From NCBI GenBank assembly GCA_964458275.1, contig CAYWIE010000004.1, positions 3,459-67,458 of the forward strand: a stretch of 64,000 nt of DNA, read 5' to 3'. The notes under the pieces are model-generated. The model saw nothing but the letters and a program-made list of their open reading frames with translations, did no database searches and was not told the origin of the DNA. Source of the DNA: an uncultured Bacteroidaceae bacterium (GTDB taxonomy: Bacteria; Bacteroidota; Bacteroidia; Bacteroidales; Bacteroidaceae). The translations under genes were made by a program, and so were the position numbers. Positions 36,042 to 45,474 of the stretch are shown piece by piece (positions within the stretch are counted from its first letter, which is position 1; each line of letters starts with the position of its first letter).

Positions 36042-37376
36042 ATGGAAATATTATATATTATACTTGCTATAGCGATGTTCTTTGCCGGAGCCTTGTCGGT
36101 GTATCTGCTGATGCTTAAGGCTATAGGCAGGCGTGCAGCGGAGTTGCAGGATAAGGATGTCCTACTGGAACGTTTGCGCCAGGAACTTAATGACGCAAAT
36201 ATAAAGATAGCACAGGCGGAAGAAAAATGCCGTTTCTTAAGCAATGCGGTAGAAAGCGAAAGAGAAAAAATAGAGTTTATAAAAGAACTGAACGACTCTT
36301 CTCTTGAGAATATCAAGTCGCAACTCGCCAAAGTGACAGAAGAGAATCTGAAACTCAGGGGAGAAGAACTTAAAAACTCGAATGTAGAACAGCTTTCTCA
36401 TATACTTGCCCCCTTGCGTGAACAGATGCGCAAGATGGAGGAGAGCGTGCGGAACGTGGATATAAGTTCGGCGCAACATAAGGTGTCCATAGAAAAAAGC
36501 ATCGAGAATCTTGCAACGCAGGCTGTGGCTGTGGGTAAGCATGCCGACGAACTTGCCCGTGCGCTGAAGAACAACAGTAAAGTGCAAGGCGACTGGGGAG
36601 AGCAGATACTTGAAAGCATATTGGAGAGCAGCGGGCTTCGTAAAGGGTATGAATATACGGTCCAAGAGAATGTAAAGGATGGCAAGCGCGATCTGCGTCC
36701 CGATGTGATAGTCTGCTGTCCGGGCGGCAAAAAAATAGTAATAGACTCGAAAGTCTCATTGACGGCATATGTCGATTATTTGGCTGCGGAGACAAAAGAG
36801 GAGGCAGAGAAACATGCAAAGGCCAACAGGGAGTCGGTGAAAAGACATATAGATATGCTTGCCTCCAAGGGGTACGCCGATAGTGTAGGCAATGCAATGT
36901 CGCATATATTGATGTTTGTGCCCAACGAGGGAAGCTATATACTCGCCCTCAGGAGTGATCCGCAGATAGCGCAGTATGCATACAGGAAGGGAGTGCTGTT
37001 GATAAACCCGACCAATCTGATGATTTCTTTGCAGCTTATATACAATATATGGCAGAATGAACGCCAGACGAAGAACATCGAAAAGGTGATAAAAGAGGGC
37101 GAAGCCTTGTATGACAAATTTGTAGGTTTCTACGAAAATTGGGTCAGAATAAAGGAGCAGTTGGCTGCTGTTTCGGCATTGTACGACAAAGCAGACAAAC
37201 AGTTGTATGAGGGAAACGGCAATATTGTCAGAAGATTGGAGAATTTGAAGAAACTGGGGATAATTCCCAAGAAAAACATACCCGAAACATTGCTTGACAA
37301 TAGCTCTGACAGGGATTTAGGCAACGGCTCCGATGAAGAGGAACTGTTGCCGGATGATAAAAATTATAAAATTTAA
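36042..37376 (+). CDS. rmuC: DNA recombination protein RmuC
   Basis: 444-aa ORF with an N-terminal TM helix and coiled coil. The RmuC core contains GDWGEQILESILESSGL, RPDVIV and IDSKVSL. Confidence 0.9.
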   Translation: MEILYIILAIAMFFAGALSVYLLMLKAIGRRAAELQDKDVLLERLRQELNDANIKIAQAEEKCRFLSNAVESEREKIEFIKELNDSSLENIKSQLAKVTEENLKLRGEELKNSNVEQLSHILAPLREQMRKMEESVRNVDISSAQHKVSIEKSIENLATQAVAVGKHADELARALKNNSKVQGDWGEQILESILESSGLRKGYEYTVQENVKDGKRDLRPDVIVCCPGGKKIVIDSKVSLTAYVDYLAAETKEEAEKHAKANRESVKRHIDMLASKGYADSVGNAMSHILMFVPNEGSYILALRSDPQIAQYAYRKGVLLINPTNLMISLQLIYNIWQNERQTKNIEKVIKEGEALYDKFVGFYENWVRIKEQLAAVSALYDKADKQLYEGNGNIVRRLENLKKLGIIPKKNIPETLLDNSSDRDLGNGSDEEELLPDDKNYKI

Positions 37377-37484
37377 ACGGCTTTTAAAGATAATAAAGTA
37401 CCGATACTTGCGTTATATATGCAGAAACATATATAACTATATAGCGTGCCGCATTGTTTGGCGCGTATTAAATAGAATTGATAT

Positions 37485-38564
37485 ATGATAAAAGATACAG
37501 CACCAATAATTGCATTTCTGTTATCAATGGTAACATTGGTTCTGGTACATCCGTTGTTGGTAAAAATAGCACTCGACAAGGATATAGTTGACAAACCTAA
37601 TGCACGTCGTCTTAACAGGGTTCCTATTCCGGTTCTTGGCGGAGTGGGGATATTTGCAAGTTCGACGGTGGCATGCGTGGCATACGGCCTTATTACAGGA
37701 ATCTATCCTTCGATTATAATATTTATAGCTCTGCTTGTGATATTGTGCATGGGCGTTCTCGACGACAAAAGGGACTTGAAGCCACGTACCAAGTTTATCA
37801 CTCAGATTGCGGTGATATTGTTTCTGGTCTTTTTTGACGGTATGCAGATAGATAATCTGCACGGAGTATTGGGAATATATGAAATTCCGGGATACATATC
37901 TTTGCCGCTTACCATTTTGTCATGTGTCGGTCTTGTAAATGCCATGAATCTGATAGATGGCATCGACGGGCTCTCCTCAGGTTTCTGTATAGCGGCTGGT
38001 GCAATATTCTATCTGTTTGCAGTTGTGCAAGGCAATGCTGTCAACAGTTGTATGGCTGTTTCTGTGATTGGAGCGCTCATCCCCTTCTTCTATTTTAATG
38101 TTTTCGGGAAAAAATACAAAATGTTTATAGGTGATTCGGGCTCGCATTTCTTGGGTATGCTCTTTGCTGTGATGATATTGAAAACCATTAACGATTATAA
38201 TCCGGGTGAAAAGGATATAAACAGCGGTATTATGGCTTTTTCGTTGGCGGTAATGGCTCATCCGGTTATGGACACCCTCAGGGTGATGACAATGCGGATG
38301 ATTAAAGGAACGTCCCCCTTTGTAGCGGACAAATCCCATTTGCATCATGTTATAATAAGTTTGGGTTTGTCGCATCTGAAGACAACCCTCCTTATAACGG
38401 CACTGAATCTTATGGTGGTTGCTGCCTGGTATATTACATTTGTCAATGGATTGCCGCCGACAGTGCAATTCTTTTCAACATTGCTCGCCGCTGTGGTCTT
38501 TATTGTCCTGCCCTATTTTGCAGCAGTAAAATACAAAGATAAATTCTCCAGGCAGTCCGTGTAG
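37485..38564 (+). CDS. MraY/WecA-family polyprenyl-phosphate sugar-1-phosphate transferase (GT4 family)
   Basis: 359-aa polytopic ORF with the motifs NAMNLIDGIDGLSSG and FIGDSGSHFLG. Confidence 0.85.
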   Translation: MIKDTAPIIAFLLSMVTLVLVHPLLVKIALDKDIVDKPNARRLNRVPIPVLGGVGIFASSTVACVAYGLITGIYPSIIIFIALLVILCMGVLDDKRDLKPRTKFITQIAVILFLVFFDGMQIDNLHGVLGIYEIPGYISLPLTILSCVGLVNAMNLIDGIDGLSSGFCIAAGAIFYLFAVVQGNAVNSCMAVSVIGALIPFFYFNVFGKKYKMFIGDSGSHFLGMLFAVMILKTINDYNPGEKDINSGIMAFSLAVMAHPVMDTLRVMTMRMIKGTSPFVADKSHLHHVIISLGLSHLKTTLLITALNLMVVAAWYITFVNGLPPTVQFFSTLLAAVVFIVLPYFAAVKYKDKFSRQSV

Positions 38565-38596
38565 ACCGCAACGTCTCTTCAAACAACTACTTATAG

Positions 38597-39646
38597 TTAG
38601 TGCGGCTGCGTGTCGATTCCGTATGCCGACGGCTCGCGACGGAATTTGTAATTGTTCCTAAGTTCTTCGAAAAGATGAGGCGCTTTTTTCAAGGCCTTGC
38701 TGTCGTTGTCGGGGTTATATATGGCGAGCAGCTTCGAGGCTATGTCATTCTCCTCTATCATAAGTTCTGCGGGTGAGGGCAGGGGAGTCAACGGTATTTC
38801 CCCTGAATATCCCGAATGTTCGGCAAACCGTTGCAGTACGATTCTCGTCGCATTGAACTTGCCTTCGCTCGAATATCCGGCAATATGAGGAGTGGCAATG
38901 AAAGCTGCATTGAGCAGTTCGAGGTTTATCTCAGGTTCTCCCTCCCATACATCAATTACAATGTCGCCTATCTTCCCCTCCTTATATGCGGCGAGCAACG
39001 CGCCGTTGTCTGCAACCGGACCGCGAGACGCATTTATGATGAGCGGAGCATGGCGCAAGGTGTCGAAGAACTGCTTGCCGGCAAGATGGTAACTGGGGTA
39101 TTCTCCATTGTATGTCAGCGTCGGGTGAAATGTAACAGCCGTACATTCCGATGCTATTTCCTCTAAAGAGACAAATCCTTTCTCGCCGCGTGCTTCACGT
39201 AGGGGGTCGTTCAATAGTACCCGCATTCCCTGCGATTCCGCCCATCGGGCTACACGCCCGCCGATTTGCCCCACGCCGACAATGCCTAATGTGATGCTTT
39301 CGAGCCGGGTGCCGTTCTTGCGGCACCAGCTGTGTATGGATGACTGCACATATTGTAGTACGGCATCGGCGTTGCATCCGGGGGCGTTATGCCATATTAT
39401 CTCGTTGCGGCGGCAATACTCGTCATCTATATGGTCGTAACCGATTGTGGCAGTCCCGATGAATCTGACACTGCTGTTGTCGAGCAGTGCGGCATTGCAG
39501 AATGTGCGTGTGCGCACGAAAAGTGCTTCTGCATGCTCCACGTCTGTTGCGTCTATCAGATTACCGGCTTTAGCCGTAACCGAATGTCCCATTGCTTCAA
39601 GCGCCTCTTTTATGTAGGGAATTTTCTCGTCAATTACAATTTTCAT
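38597..39646 (-). CDS. pdxB: 4-phosphoerythronate dehydrogenase
   Basis: 349-aa ORF. MKIVIDEKIPY...FIGTATIGYDHID...APGCNADAVLQYV is collinear with E. coli PdxB. The NAD-binding motif GIVGVGQIGGRV is present. Confidence 0.85.
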   Translation of the reverse strand: MKIVIDEKIPYIKEALEAMGHSVTAKAGNLIDATDVEHAEALFVRTRTFCNAALLDNSSVRFIGTATIGYDHIDDEYCRRNEIIWHNAPGCNADAVLQYVQSSIHSWCRKNGTRLESITLGIVGVGQIGGRVARWAESQGMRVLLNDPLREARGEKGFVSLEEIASECTAVTFHPTLTYNGEYPSYHLAGKQFFDTLRHAPLIINASRGPVADNGALLAAYKEGKIGDIVIDVWEGEPEINLELLNAAFIATPHIAGYSSEGKFNATRIVLQRFAEHSGYSGEIPLTPLPSPAELMIEENDIASKLLAIYNPDNDSKALKKAPHLFEELRNNYKFRREPSAYGIDTQPH

Positions 39647-39764
39647 ATATGCAGTCTTTTGTACATTTCAGGTTGTAAAGATATGCTCTTTTTCAATAAA
39701 ATTGAAAGAGGATGCGAAAAATATTGCCAAACTCATAAAGTTTGATTAGTTTTGTAGGATATTA

Positions 39765-39954
39765 GAAGCTGTTTAAATTTTATTGAAAAAGTTTTCTATA
39801 TTTATGCGGCTTTATTTCGGCTTCTTTGAGTCTGTTTTTGGCATCTTTTCTTTCTTGTCTTTTGGAAATAACCCGCTATTCCCTGCAAGACAACAAAGAA
39901 AATCTACTCATAAACAGTTCTCAAATAATTCCGAAATAAAATTTAAACAGCTTC
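39765..39954. mobile_element. 190-bp MITE-like element with perfect 18-bp terminal inverted repeats and TTA flanks
   Basis: The left TIR is GAAGCTGTTTAAATTTTA (39765-39782) and the right TIR is TAAAATTTAAACAGCTTC (39937-39954). TTA lies directly outside both ends (39762-39764 and 39955-39957). Subterminal TTTATTTCGG and CCGAAATAAA are also inverted. No transposase is encoded. Confidence 0.7.
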
Positions 39955-39982
39955 TTAGAATAACAATTAAACTGTTTAATCT

Positions 39983-40579
39983 ATGAAGACATTCACACAA
40001 TTAAGCTGGCCTATATTCAACGAGGCCATTCTCGATTATCATAAGACAGACAACGTAGATACCCCTATACAGAACCCCTATCCCGTCAAAAGCATAGAAT
40101 ATTACCTCTATCTCAAATGCTGGATAGACACTGTGCAGTGGCATTTCGAGGATATTATCCGCGACCCGGACATCGACCCGGCAGAAGCGCTCACTCTCAA
40201 GCGCCGTATCGACAAGTCCAATCAGGACCGTACCGACCTTGTTGAGCTTATCGACAGCTACTTCCTCGATGTAAACAAGAATGTAACACCTGTAGAAGGC
40301 GCTACAATCAATACCGAAAGTCCTGCATGGGCGATAGACCGTTACTCGATTCTTGCGCTCAAGATCTACCATATGCAGGAGGAGGTCAACCGCGGCAACA
40401 AGCAGTGTGAAGCAAAACTTGCAATCCTTCTTGAGCAGAAAAAGGACCTTACAACTGCAATAGACGAGCTCCTTGCCGACATCGCAGCCGGACGCAAATA
40501 TATGAAGGTGTACCGTCAGATGAAGATGTACAACGATCCCTCGCTCAATCCTGTGCTCTATGGTGGAGGCAAAAAATAA
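39983..40579 (+). CDS. DUF4254 domain protein
   Basis: 198-aa ORF. WHFEDIIRDPDIDPAEALTLKRRIDKSNQDRTDLVE is typical of the family, which usually precedes a GT9 gene in Bacteroidetes. Confidence 0.7.
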   Translation: MKTFTQLSWPIFNEAILDYHKTDNVDTPIQNPYPVKSIEYYLYLKCWIDTVQWHFEDIIRDPDIDPAEALTLKRRIDKSNQDRTDLVELIDSYFLDVNKNVTPVEGATINTESPAWAIDRYSILALKIYHMQEEVNRGNKQCEAKLAILLEQKKDLTTAIDELLADIAAGRKYMKVYRQMKMYNDPSLNPVLYGGGKK

Positions 40580-41615
40580 CACACCGGAGACAATTCTCAT
40601 AACACGATTCTCGGCAGTAGGCGATATAGCAATGACAATACCGTTGCTATATTCGCTTGCAGCTACATATCCCGGCAAACGTTTCGTCTTTGTAAGCCGC
40701 GAACGTTTCGGGCGTTTTCTTGTAAATGCCCCCTCAAACCTCATATTCGAGGGGGTGAACCTCGATGAGTATAAAGGCGTGGCAGGGCTCTATCGTTTGA
40801 AAAAGCGTCTTATGAAACACAAGCCCGACGCAATTGCCGACCTTCACAACGTGCTGCGTACGAAAGTGCTGCGCTTTTTCTTGAGCCTCTCAGGCGTGAA
40901 ATGTGCAGCACAAGAGAAAGGACGTGCCGAAAAGAAGGCTCTCACAAGCGCTGCGAATAAAGAGAAACGCCAACTGAAAAGTACATTCGAACGCTATCGC
41001 GAGGTCTTTGTGAAATTAGGGCTGGACTTCGTGCCCGATTTCATATCCCTCTTCGGCGACAAAAAAGGCAATCTTGCCATCCTCGGCGATGCGGTGCCGC
41101 CAAAGGGCAGCAACAAGTGGATAGGCATAGCCCCCTTTGCCCGTCACGGAGGAAAGATATATCCTTTGGAACGTCTCGAAAAGGTTATCGAAGCCCTTTC
41201 GAAGAGAGAAGGGGTGCAGATATTCTGTTTCGGAAACGGAAAAGAAGAGGAGGCTGTCGTGGACCGGTGGTGCTCTGAATATCCCGGAGTCATCTCTTTT
41301 GTCGGCAAAGCGGACTTCAGCGGTGAACTTGCCCTTATCAGTAATCTCGAACTGATGCTCAGCATGGATTCGGCAAATATGCACATAGCCTCACTCGTCA
41401 ATACTCCGGTAATATCCATTTGGGGAGCCACCTCCCCGCTTGCAGGTTTCCTCGGATGGCGACAAAAAGAGGAAGATTGCGTACAATTGCCGCTGGAGTG
41501 CCGTCCATGCTCGATATTCGGAAACAAGCCTTGCCGTTACGGCGACTTCCGTTGCATGCACATAGAGCCTCAGACAGTAGTCGGCAAGATTCTCGAAAAA
41601 TTGGGAATGGCGTGA
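40560..41615 (+). CDS. glycosyltransferase family 9 (heptosyltransferase-like, LPS core)
   Basis: 351-aa ORF with ILITRFSAVGDIAMTIPLL at the N-terminus and SMDSANMHIA. It overlaps the DUF4254 gene by 20 nt. Confidence 0.8.
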   Translation: MVEAKNNTPETILITRFSAVGDIAMTIPLLYSLAATYPGKRFVFVSRERFGRFLVNAPSNLIFEGVNLDEYKGVAGLYRLKKRLMKHKPDAIADLHNVLRTKVLRFFLSLSGVKCAAQEKGRAEKKALTSAANKEKRQLKSTFERYREVFVKLGLDFVPDFISLFGDKKGNLAILGDAVPPKGSNKWIGIAPFARHGGKIYPLERLEKVIEALSKREGVQIFCFGNGKEEEAVVDRWCSEYPGVISFVGKADFSGELALISNLELMLSMDSANMHIASLVNTPVISIWGATSPLAGFLGWRQKEEDCVQLPLECRPCSIFGNKPCRYGDFRCMHIEPQTVVGKILEKLGMA

Positions 41616-41637
41616 TAGATGCAATCGCTCTACGGCA

Positions 41638-43143
41638 ATGAAAATCTTCAAGACATCACAGATAAAAAATATTGATGCAGCCACCATCAAGTATGAACCT
41701 ATCGCTTCGATAGACTTGATGGAGCGTGCAGCACAAGGACTGACACGGGCAATATCCGAACGCTTTGCCGGCAGAGACTTTCTCGTCTTTGCCGGTCCGG
41801 GAAACAACGGCGGCGACGGTCTTGCCGTTGCACGCATGCTTGCTGCGAAAGGCGAAAATGTCAAGGTGTGGCTCATAAATCCTAAAGGCGCACTCTCGCC
41901 CGATTGCAACAGCAACTATTTGCGGTTGCAGAAGAGTGGAGTTCCCGTTGTAGAATGTCGCGAAAGATTCGATGCTCCGTTCATCGCAGATGACAGTATT
42001 GTAATAGACGCTCTTTTCGGCAGCGGACTCAACAAGCCGGCAACCGGAATCTTTGCAGAGGCTATAAATTGTATAAACAACAGCAGTGCAGCGGTGGTAG
42101 CTGTGGATATACCCTCAGGGCTGCCGGGCGAAAAATGTGGCGGCGCTGATGGAGAAAGTATAGTAAATGCGCATCGCACATACACTTTGCAGTTCCCTAA
42201 ACTGTCGTTGCTGATGCCCGAAAATGAGAAATATTTCGGACGTTGGCAACCGATAGATATAAACCTTAGCAAGCGGGCAATCGCCGAAGAACCAAGCAAT
42301 CTCTTCTTTACAGAGATCGCAGATGTAAAAGGGCTTGTAAAGCCACGCAGCCTGTTCTCTCACAAAGGCAGCAATGGTCGCGCTCTGCTCATAGCCGGTT
42401 CGCAGGGAATGGCAGGGGCTTCCGTTCTTGCGGCGCGTGCATGTCTGCGTTCGGGCGTAGGATTGCTTACGCTGCACATCCCCGCTTGCAACAACTGCAT
42501 AGTGCAAAGCTGCGTACCTGAGGCTATGACGCTGCAAGATACGAATGAAACACATATAAGCCAAGTGTTCGGCACGGCGCCCTACAACGCAGTGGCAATA
42601 GGTCCCGGACTGGGGACAAACAGCGAAACAGAGGCTGCGGTTCTAAAGATAATCGAAGAGACAAAAGTGCCGATGGTGGCAGATGCCGATGCGTTGAATA
42701 TTCTTGCCCGCAACCCCGAATGGATGAAAAAGTTGCCGCCGCACAGCATACTCACGCCTCATCCCGGAGAATTTGCCCGGCTGACGGGCATCACCGGCAG
42801 CCGATACGAGCAGATAGAATGTGCAAGTGCTCTTGCACAAAGATTAAATATCTATCTGATACTCAAAGGTGCATATACAGCCATATGCACTCCGGAGGGT
42901 GAAATACATTTCAATGGCAGCGGCAATCCGGGCATGGCAAAAGGTGGCAGTGGGGACGCACTCACAGGTATTGTGCTTGCATTGTTGGCAAGCGGATATG
43001 ACAGCCGCAAGGCATCAATCATGGGTGCATTTGTTCATGGTCTTGCCGGTGATATTGCAGCTGCAAAGTATGGCATGACAGCAATGACGGCAGGAGATAT
43101 TGTCGACTCTCTGCCGTCTGCATGGAAACTCCTGGAACAGTAA
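41638..43143 (+). CDS. nnr: bifunctional NAD(P)H-hydrate epimerase / ADP-dependent dehydratase
   Basis: 501-aa ORF with a YjeF_N domain (GPGNNGGDGLAVAR) and a YjeF_C carbohydrate-kinase-like domain (GSGDALTGIV). Confidence 0.9.
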   Translation: MKIFKTSQIKNIDAATIKYEPIASIDLMERAAQGLTRAISERFAGRDFLVFAGPGNNGGDGLAVARMLAAKGENVKVWLINPKGALSPDCNSNYLRLQKSGVPVVECRERFDAPFIADDSIVIDALFGSGLNKPATGIFAEAINCINNSSAAVVAVDIPSGLPGEKCGGADGESIVNAHRTYTLQFPKLSLLMPENEKYFGRWQPIDINLSKRAIAEEPSNLFFTEIADVKGLVKPRSLFSHKGSNGRALLIAGSQGMAGASVLAARACLRSGVGLLTLHIPACNNCIVQSCVPEAMTLQDTNETHISQVFGTAPYNAVAIGPGLGTNSETEAAVLKIIEETKVPMVADADALNILARNPEWMKKLPPHSILTPHPGEFARLTGITGSRYEQIECASALAQRLNIYLILKGAYTAICTPEGEIHFNGSGNPGMAKGGSGDALTGIVLALLASGYDSRKASIMGAFVHGLAGDIAAAKYGMTAMTAGDIVDSLPSAWKLLEQ

Positions 43144-43147
43144 TTTG

Positions 43148-44140
43148 TTACCAATGATGCAATTCCTTTTCGCGTTCCAATGAAACATTTTCTTTTCCCG
43201 TAAGCGAAAAAATCTTGAAACTGTTGGCTGTCGGATGCATCCCGATGTCGCCGCTCTTCAGCAATTCATCCACAATGTCGGGCAGCAGTTCGTATGATTC
43301 GATGTTTACAGCCGACCTTCCGCTGCGGCGTACAAGCGAGAATGTGGTAGCGATTTCCACAGGGTAGACTGCTCCGTAGTGTTCAACAAATCTTTTTGCA
43401 TTCTTGATGGTTGGCGCACAGTGGTGAGTGGAATCAATCTTGTCGGTAAGCATGGATTTTATCTTGCCGTCTGCAAGAGCCGATATTTCGGCGACAATCG
43501 CATTGTAGGTGTTGTAGCCCGAAAGTATCTTCTCACGTCCATCATATTCGAGAATAAAAGATGGGTAAGACTTTATATCGTACTCGTGTGCCCTCTCCCT
43601 GTCTGCCATGAATGCCTTTTTCGCAGCATCGCTTTCAAGTGTGCGTGCAAACTCCTCAGTGTTGAATCCTTCAACGGCTGCAAGGTCGACAAGAACATCG
43701 TTGTGTGTGGTCAGCAAACCCTCGACGGCTGTTGCCTCCTGTACACGTCGCAGATAGCGGTTGGCGCGTTTTGTGTCGCATTCCGGCTTGTCGTTGTGCC
43801 TGCAGCATAGTTTGGCTGTGATATATGCAAGATTCTGAGGAAAGGTCGAAGGGTGCTCCTCCGAAAACAGATGCATCCCGCGTTCGAGCACGGGCATTCC
43901 GTGAATGGTGGAAGCCTCCATCCACGCTTTCATCATGTTTCTGTTAGACAGAGGAATGTCTCCGCCAATCTCCAACCTGCGGTTGCTGAAAGTGCGGATG
44001 TCCTCAATCATTCCACACATGACGTACTCAATTTCTACATTTTCGCCTAAACGGTACTCAAGAGCGCGCAAGACCGGCGCGCTGCCCCAGCACCATGTGC
44101 ATACGGGGTCTGCAAAAACCGTAATTTTCAATTTCTTCAT
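43148..44140 (-). CDS. DsbA-like thioredoxin-fold protein
   Basis: Start at MKKLKITVFADPVCTWCWGSAPVL (CxxC motif), at ATG 44138-44140. Confidence 0.7.
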   Translation of the reverse strand: MKKLKITVFADPVCTWCWGSAPVLRALEYRLGENVEIEYVMCGMIEDIRTFSNRRLEIGGDIPLSNRNMMKAWMEASTIHGMPVLERGMHLFSEEHPSTFPQNLAYITAKLCCRHNDKPECDTKRANRYLRRVQEATAVEGLLTTHNDVLVDLAAVEGFNTEEFARTLESDAAKKAFMADRERAHEYDIKSYPSFILEYDGREKILSGYNTYNAIVAEISALADGKIKSMLTDKIDSTHHCAPTIKNAKRFVEHYGAVYPVEIATTFSLVRRSGRSAVNIESYELLPDIVDELLKSGDIGMHPTANSFKIFSLTGKENVSLEREKELHHW

Positions 44141-44331
44141 ACTGTAACTGTTTTTTCGTAATAACAACGGAGACGGAAAATTGTTGCAATAAACAGCTTC
44201 TTAGATGCACAAAAGCGAATATTTTTTCAAAAAGCAGCTCTTGCGTCTCTATAGAACCTCTTTTTGCATCGTGAAAAGAAAATTTTATGCAAAAAATAGT
44301 ATAAAAATTATCGTTTCTTCCTAATTATAAT

Positions 44332-44339
44332 TACCTTTG
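44332..44339 (+). promoter_or_regulatory. candidate -7 box TACCTTTG for the arg operon
   Basis: Matches TAnnTTTG, 28 nt upstream of the argR ATG. Confidence 0.45.
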
Positions 44340-44366
44340 CACCTCCAAAAGCATAAAAATGCAATT

Positions 44367-44849
44367 ATGAAGATAAAAAATTCACGTCTCGAAGCAATAC
44401 GTCTCATACTCTCGACCCATGAACTCGGCAGTCAGGACGAATTGTTGAAAGAGCTAAACAAGGAGGGATACACACTGACACAAGCCACACTCTCGCGCGA
44501 CCTTCGTCAATTGCGAGTGGTAAAGACGGTGGATGCAAACGGCAGATACAAATATGTGCTGCCTCGCACCACGCAGTATCGCCATAGCGGCAGCGAAGGA
44601 GAGATGCGCCCCATAACCCCGATACCCGAAGACAACGGCTTTATATCAATAAAGTTTTCAGGAAACATCGCGGTTATAAGAACACGTCCCAGCTACGCTG
44701 GCACATTGGCATACCACATAGACAATTGCGAATTTGCCGAAGTGCTTGGAACGCTTGCAGGAGACGACACAGTGATGCTTGTAATAGCAGAGGGAGTGTC
44801 CAAAAGTACCCTTCTTAAGACATTGCGCACCATAATCCCCAATATTTAA
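44367..44849 (+). CDS. argR: arginine repressor
   Basis: Start at MKIKNSRLEAIRLILSTHELGSQDELLKELNKEGYTLTQATLSRDLRQL, a winged-helix ArgR N-terminus. The C-terminal GTLAGDDTVMLV oligomerisation/arginine-binding motif is present. Confidence 0.9.
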   Translation: MKIKNSRLEAIRLILSTHELGSQDELLKELNKEGYTLTQATLSRDLRQLRVVKTVDANGRYKYVLPRTTQYRHSGSEGEMRPITPIPEDNGFISIKFSGNIAVIRTRPSYAGTLAYHIDNCEFAEVLGTLAGDDTVMLVIAEGVSKSTLLKTLRTIIPNI

Positions 44850-44875
44850 GAATAGAAACAGAATAATATAAAGAA

Positions 44876-45460
44876 ATGGAAGAAATAACAACAAGTGAAG
44901 TTGAAATAGAAGTAATCGTCGCCGATGCCTCTCACGAGAAATATGTAGACGAGATACTCGAAACAATCAGCGCTGCAGCAAAAGTCCGTGGTACGGGAAT
45001 CGCTAAGCGTACACACGAATATGTGGCGCAGAAGATGCGCGAAGGCAAGGCTGTGATAGCTCTTGCAGGCGAAGAGAAAGAATTTGCCGGTTTCTGTTAC
45101 ATAGAAAGCTGGGGCAACAAACAATATGTAGCCAATTCGGGACTGATTGTTGTCGACAAGTTCCGTCGTCGCGGACTCGCAAAGCGTATCAAGAAGACAG
45201 CTTTTGAACTGTCGCGCAAGATGTGGCCCGATGCAAAGCTTTTCGGTCTTACAAGCGGCGGTGCAGTAATGCGCATCAACACCGAGCTTGGTTATGTGCC
45301 TGTGCCTTTTGCCGAGCTGACAGACGACGAAGCTTTCTGGAAAGGCTGTCAGGGATGCATCAATCACGATATTCTGGAGCGCACCGGCCGTCGTTACTGC
45401 ATTTGCACAGCAATGCTCTACGACCCTGCCGAGCATGATAAAAAGAAGAATGAAAATTAA
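44876..45460 (+). CDS. GNAT-family N-acyltransferase in the arg operon (candidate N-acyl-glutamate synthase)
   Basis: 194-aa ORF. The acyl-CoA binding segment VVDKFRRRGLAKRIKK matches Q/RxxGxG/A. It lies between argR and argG. Confidence 0.65.
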   Translation: MEEITTSEVEIEVIVADASHEKYVDEILETISAAAKVRGTGIAKRTHEYVAQKMREGKAVIALAGEEKEFAGFCYIESWGNKQYVANSGLIVVDKFRRRGLAKRIKKTAFELSRKMWPDAKLFGLTSGGAVMRINTELGYVPVPFAELTDDEAFWKGCQGCINHDILERTGRRYCICTAMLYDPAEHDKKKNEN

Positions 45461-45474
45461 AAGAATATAATATT

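Noticed and set aside
39783-39986. 67-aa ORF (MKKFSIFMRLYFGFFESVFGIFSF...) inside the 190-bp inverted-repeat element.
   Set aside because: It spans the repeat and runs across its right terminus. The related copy at 15.6 kb keeps only a 13-residue stretch in frame. There is no start context or known family. A small hydrophobic peptide cannot be fully excluded.
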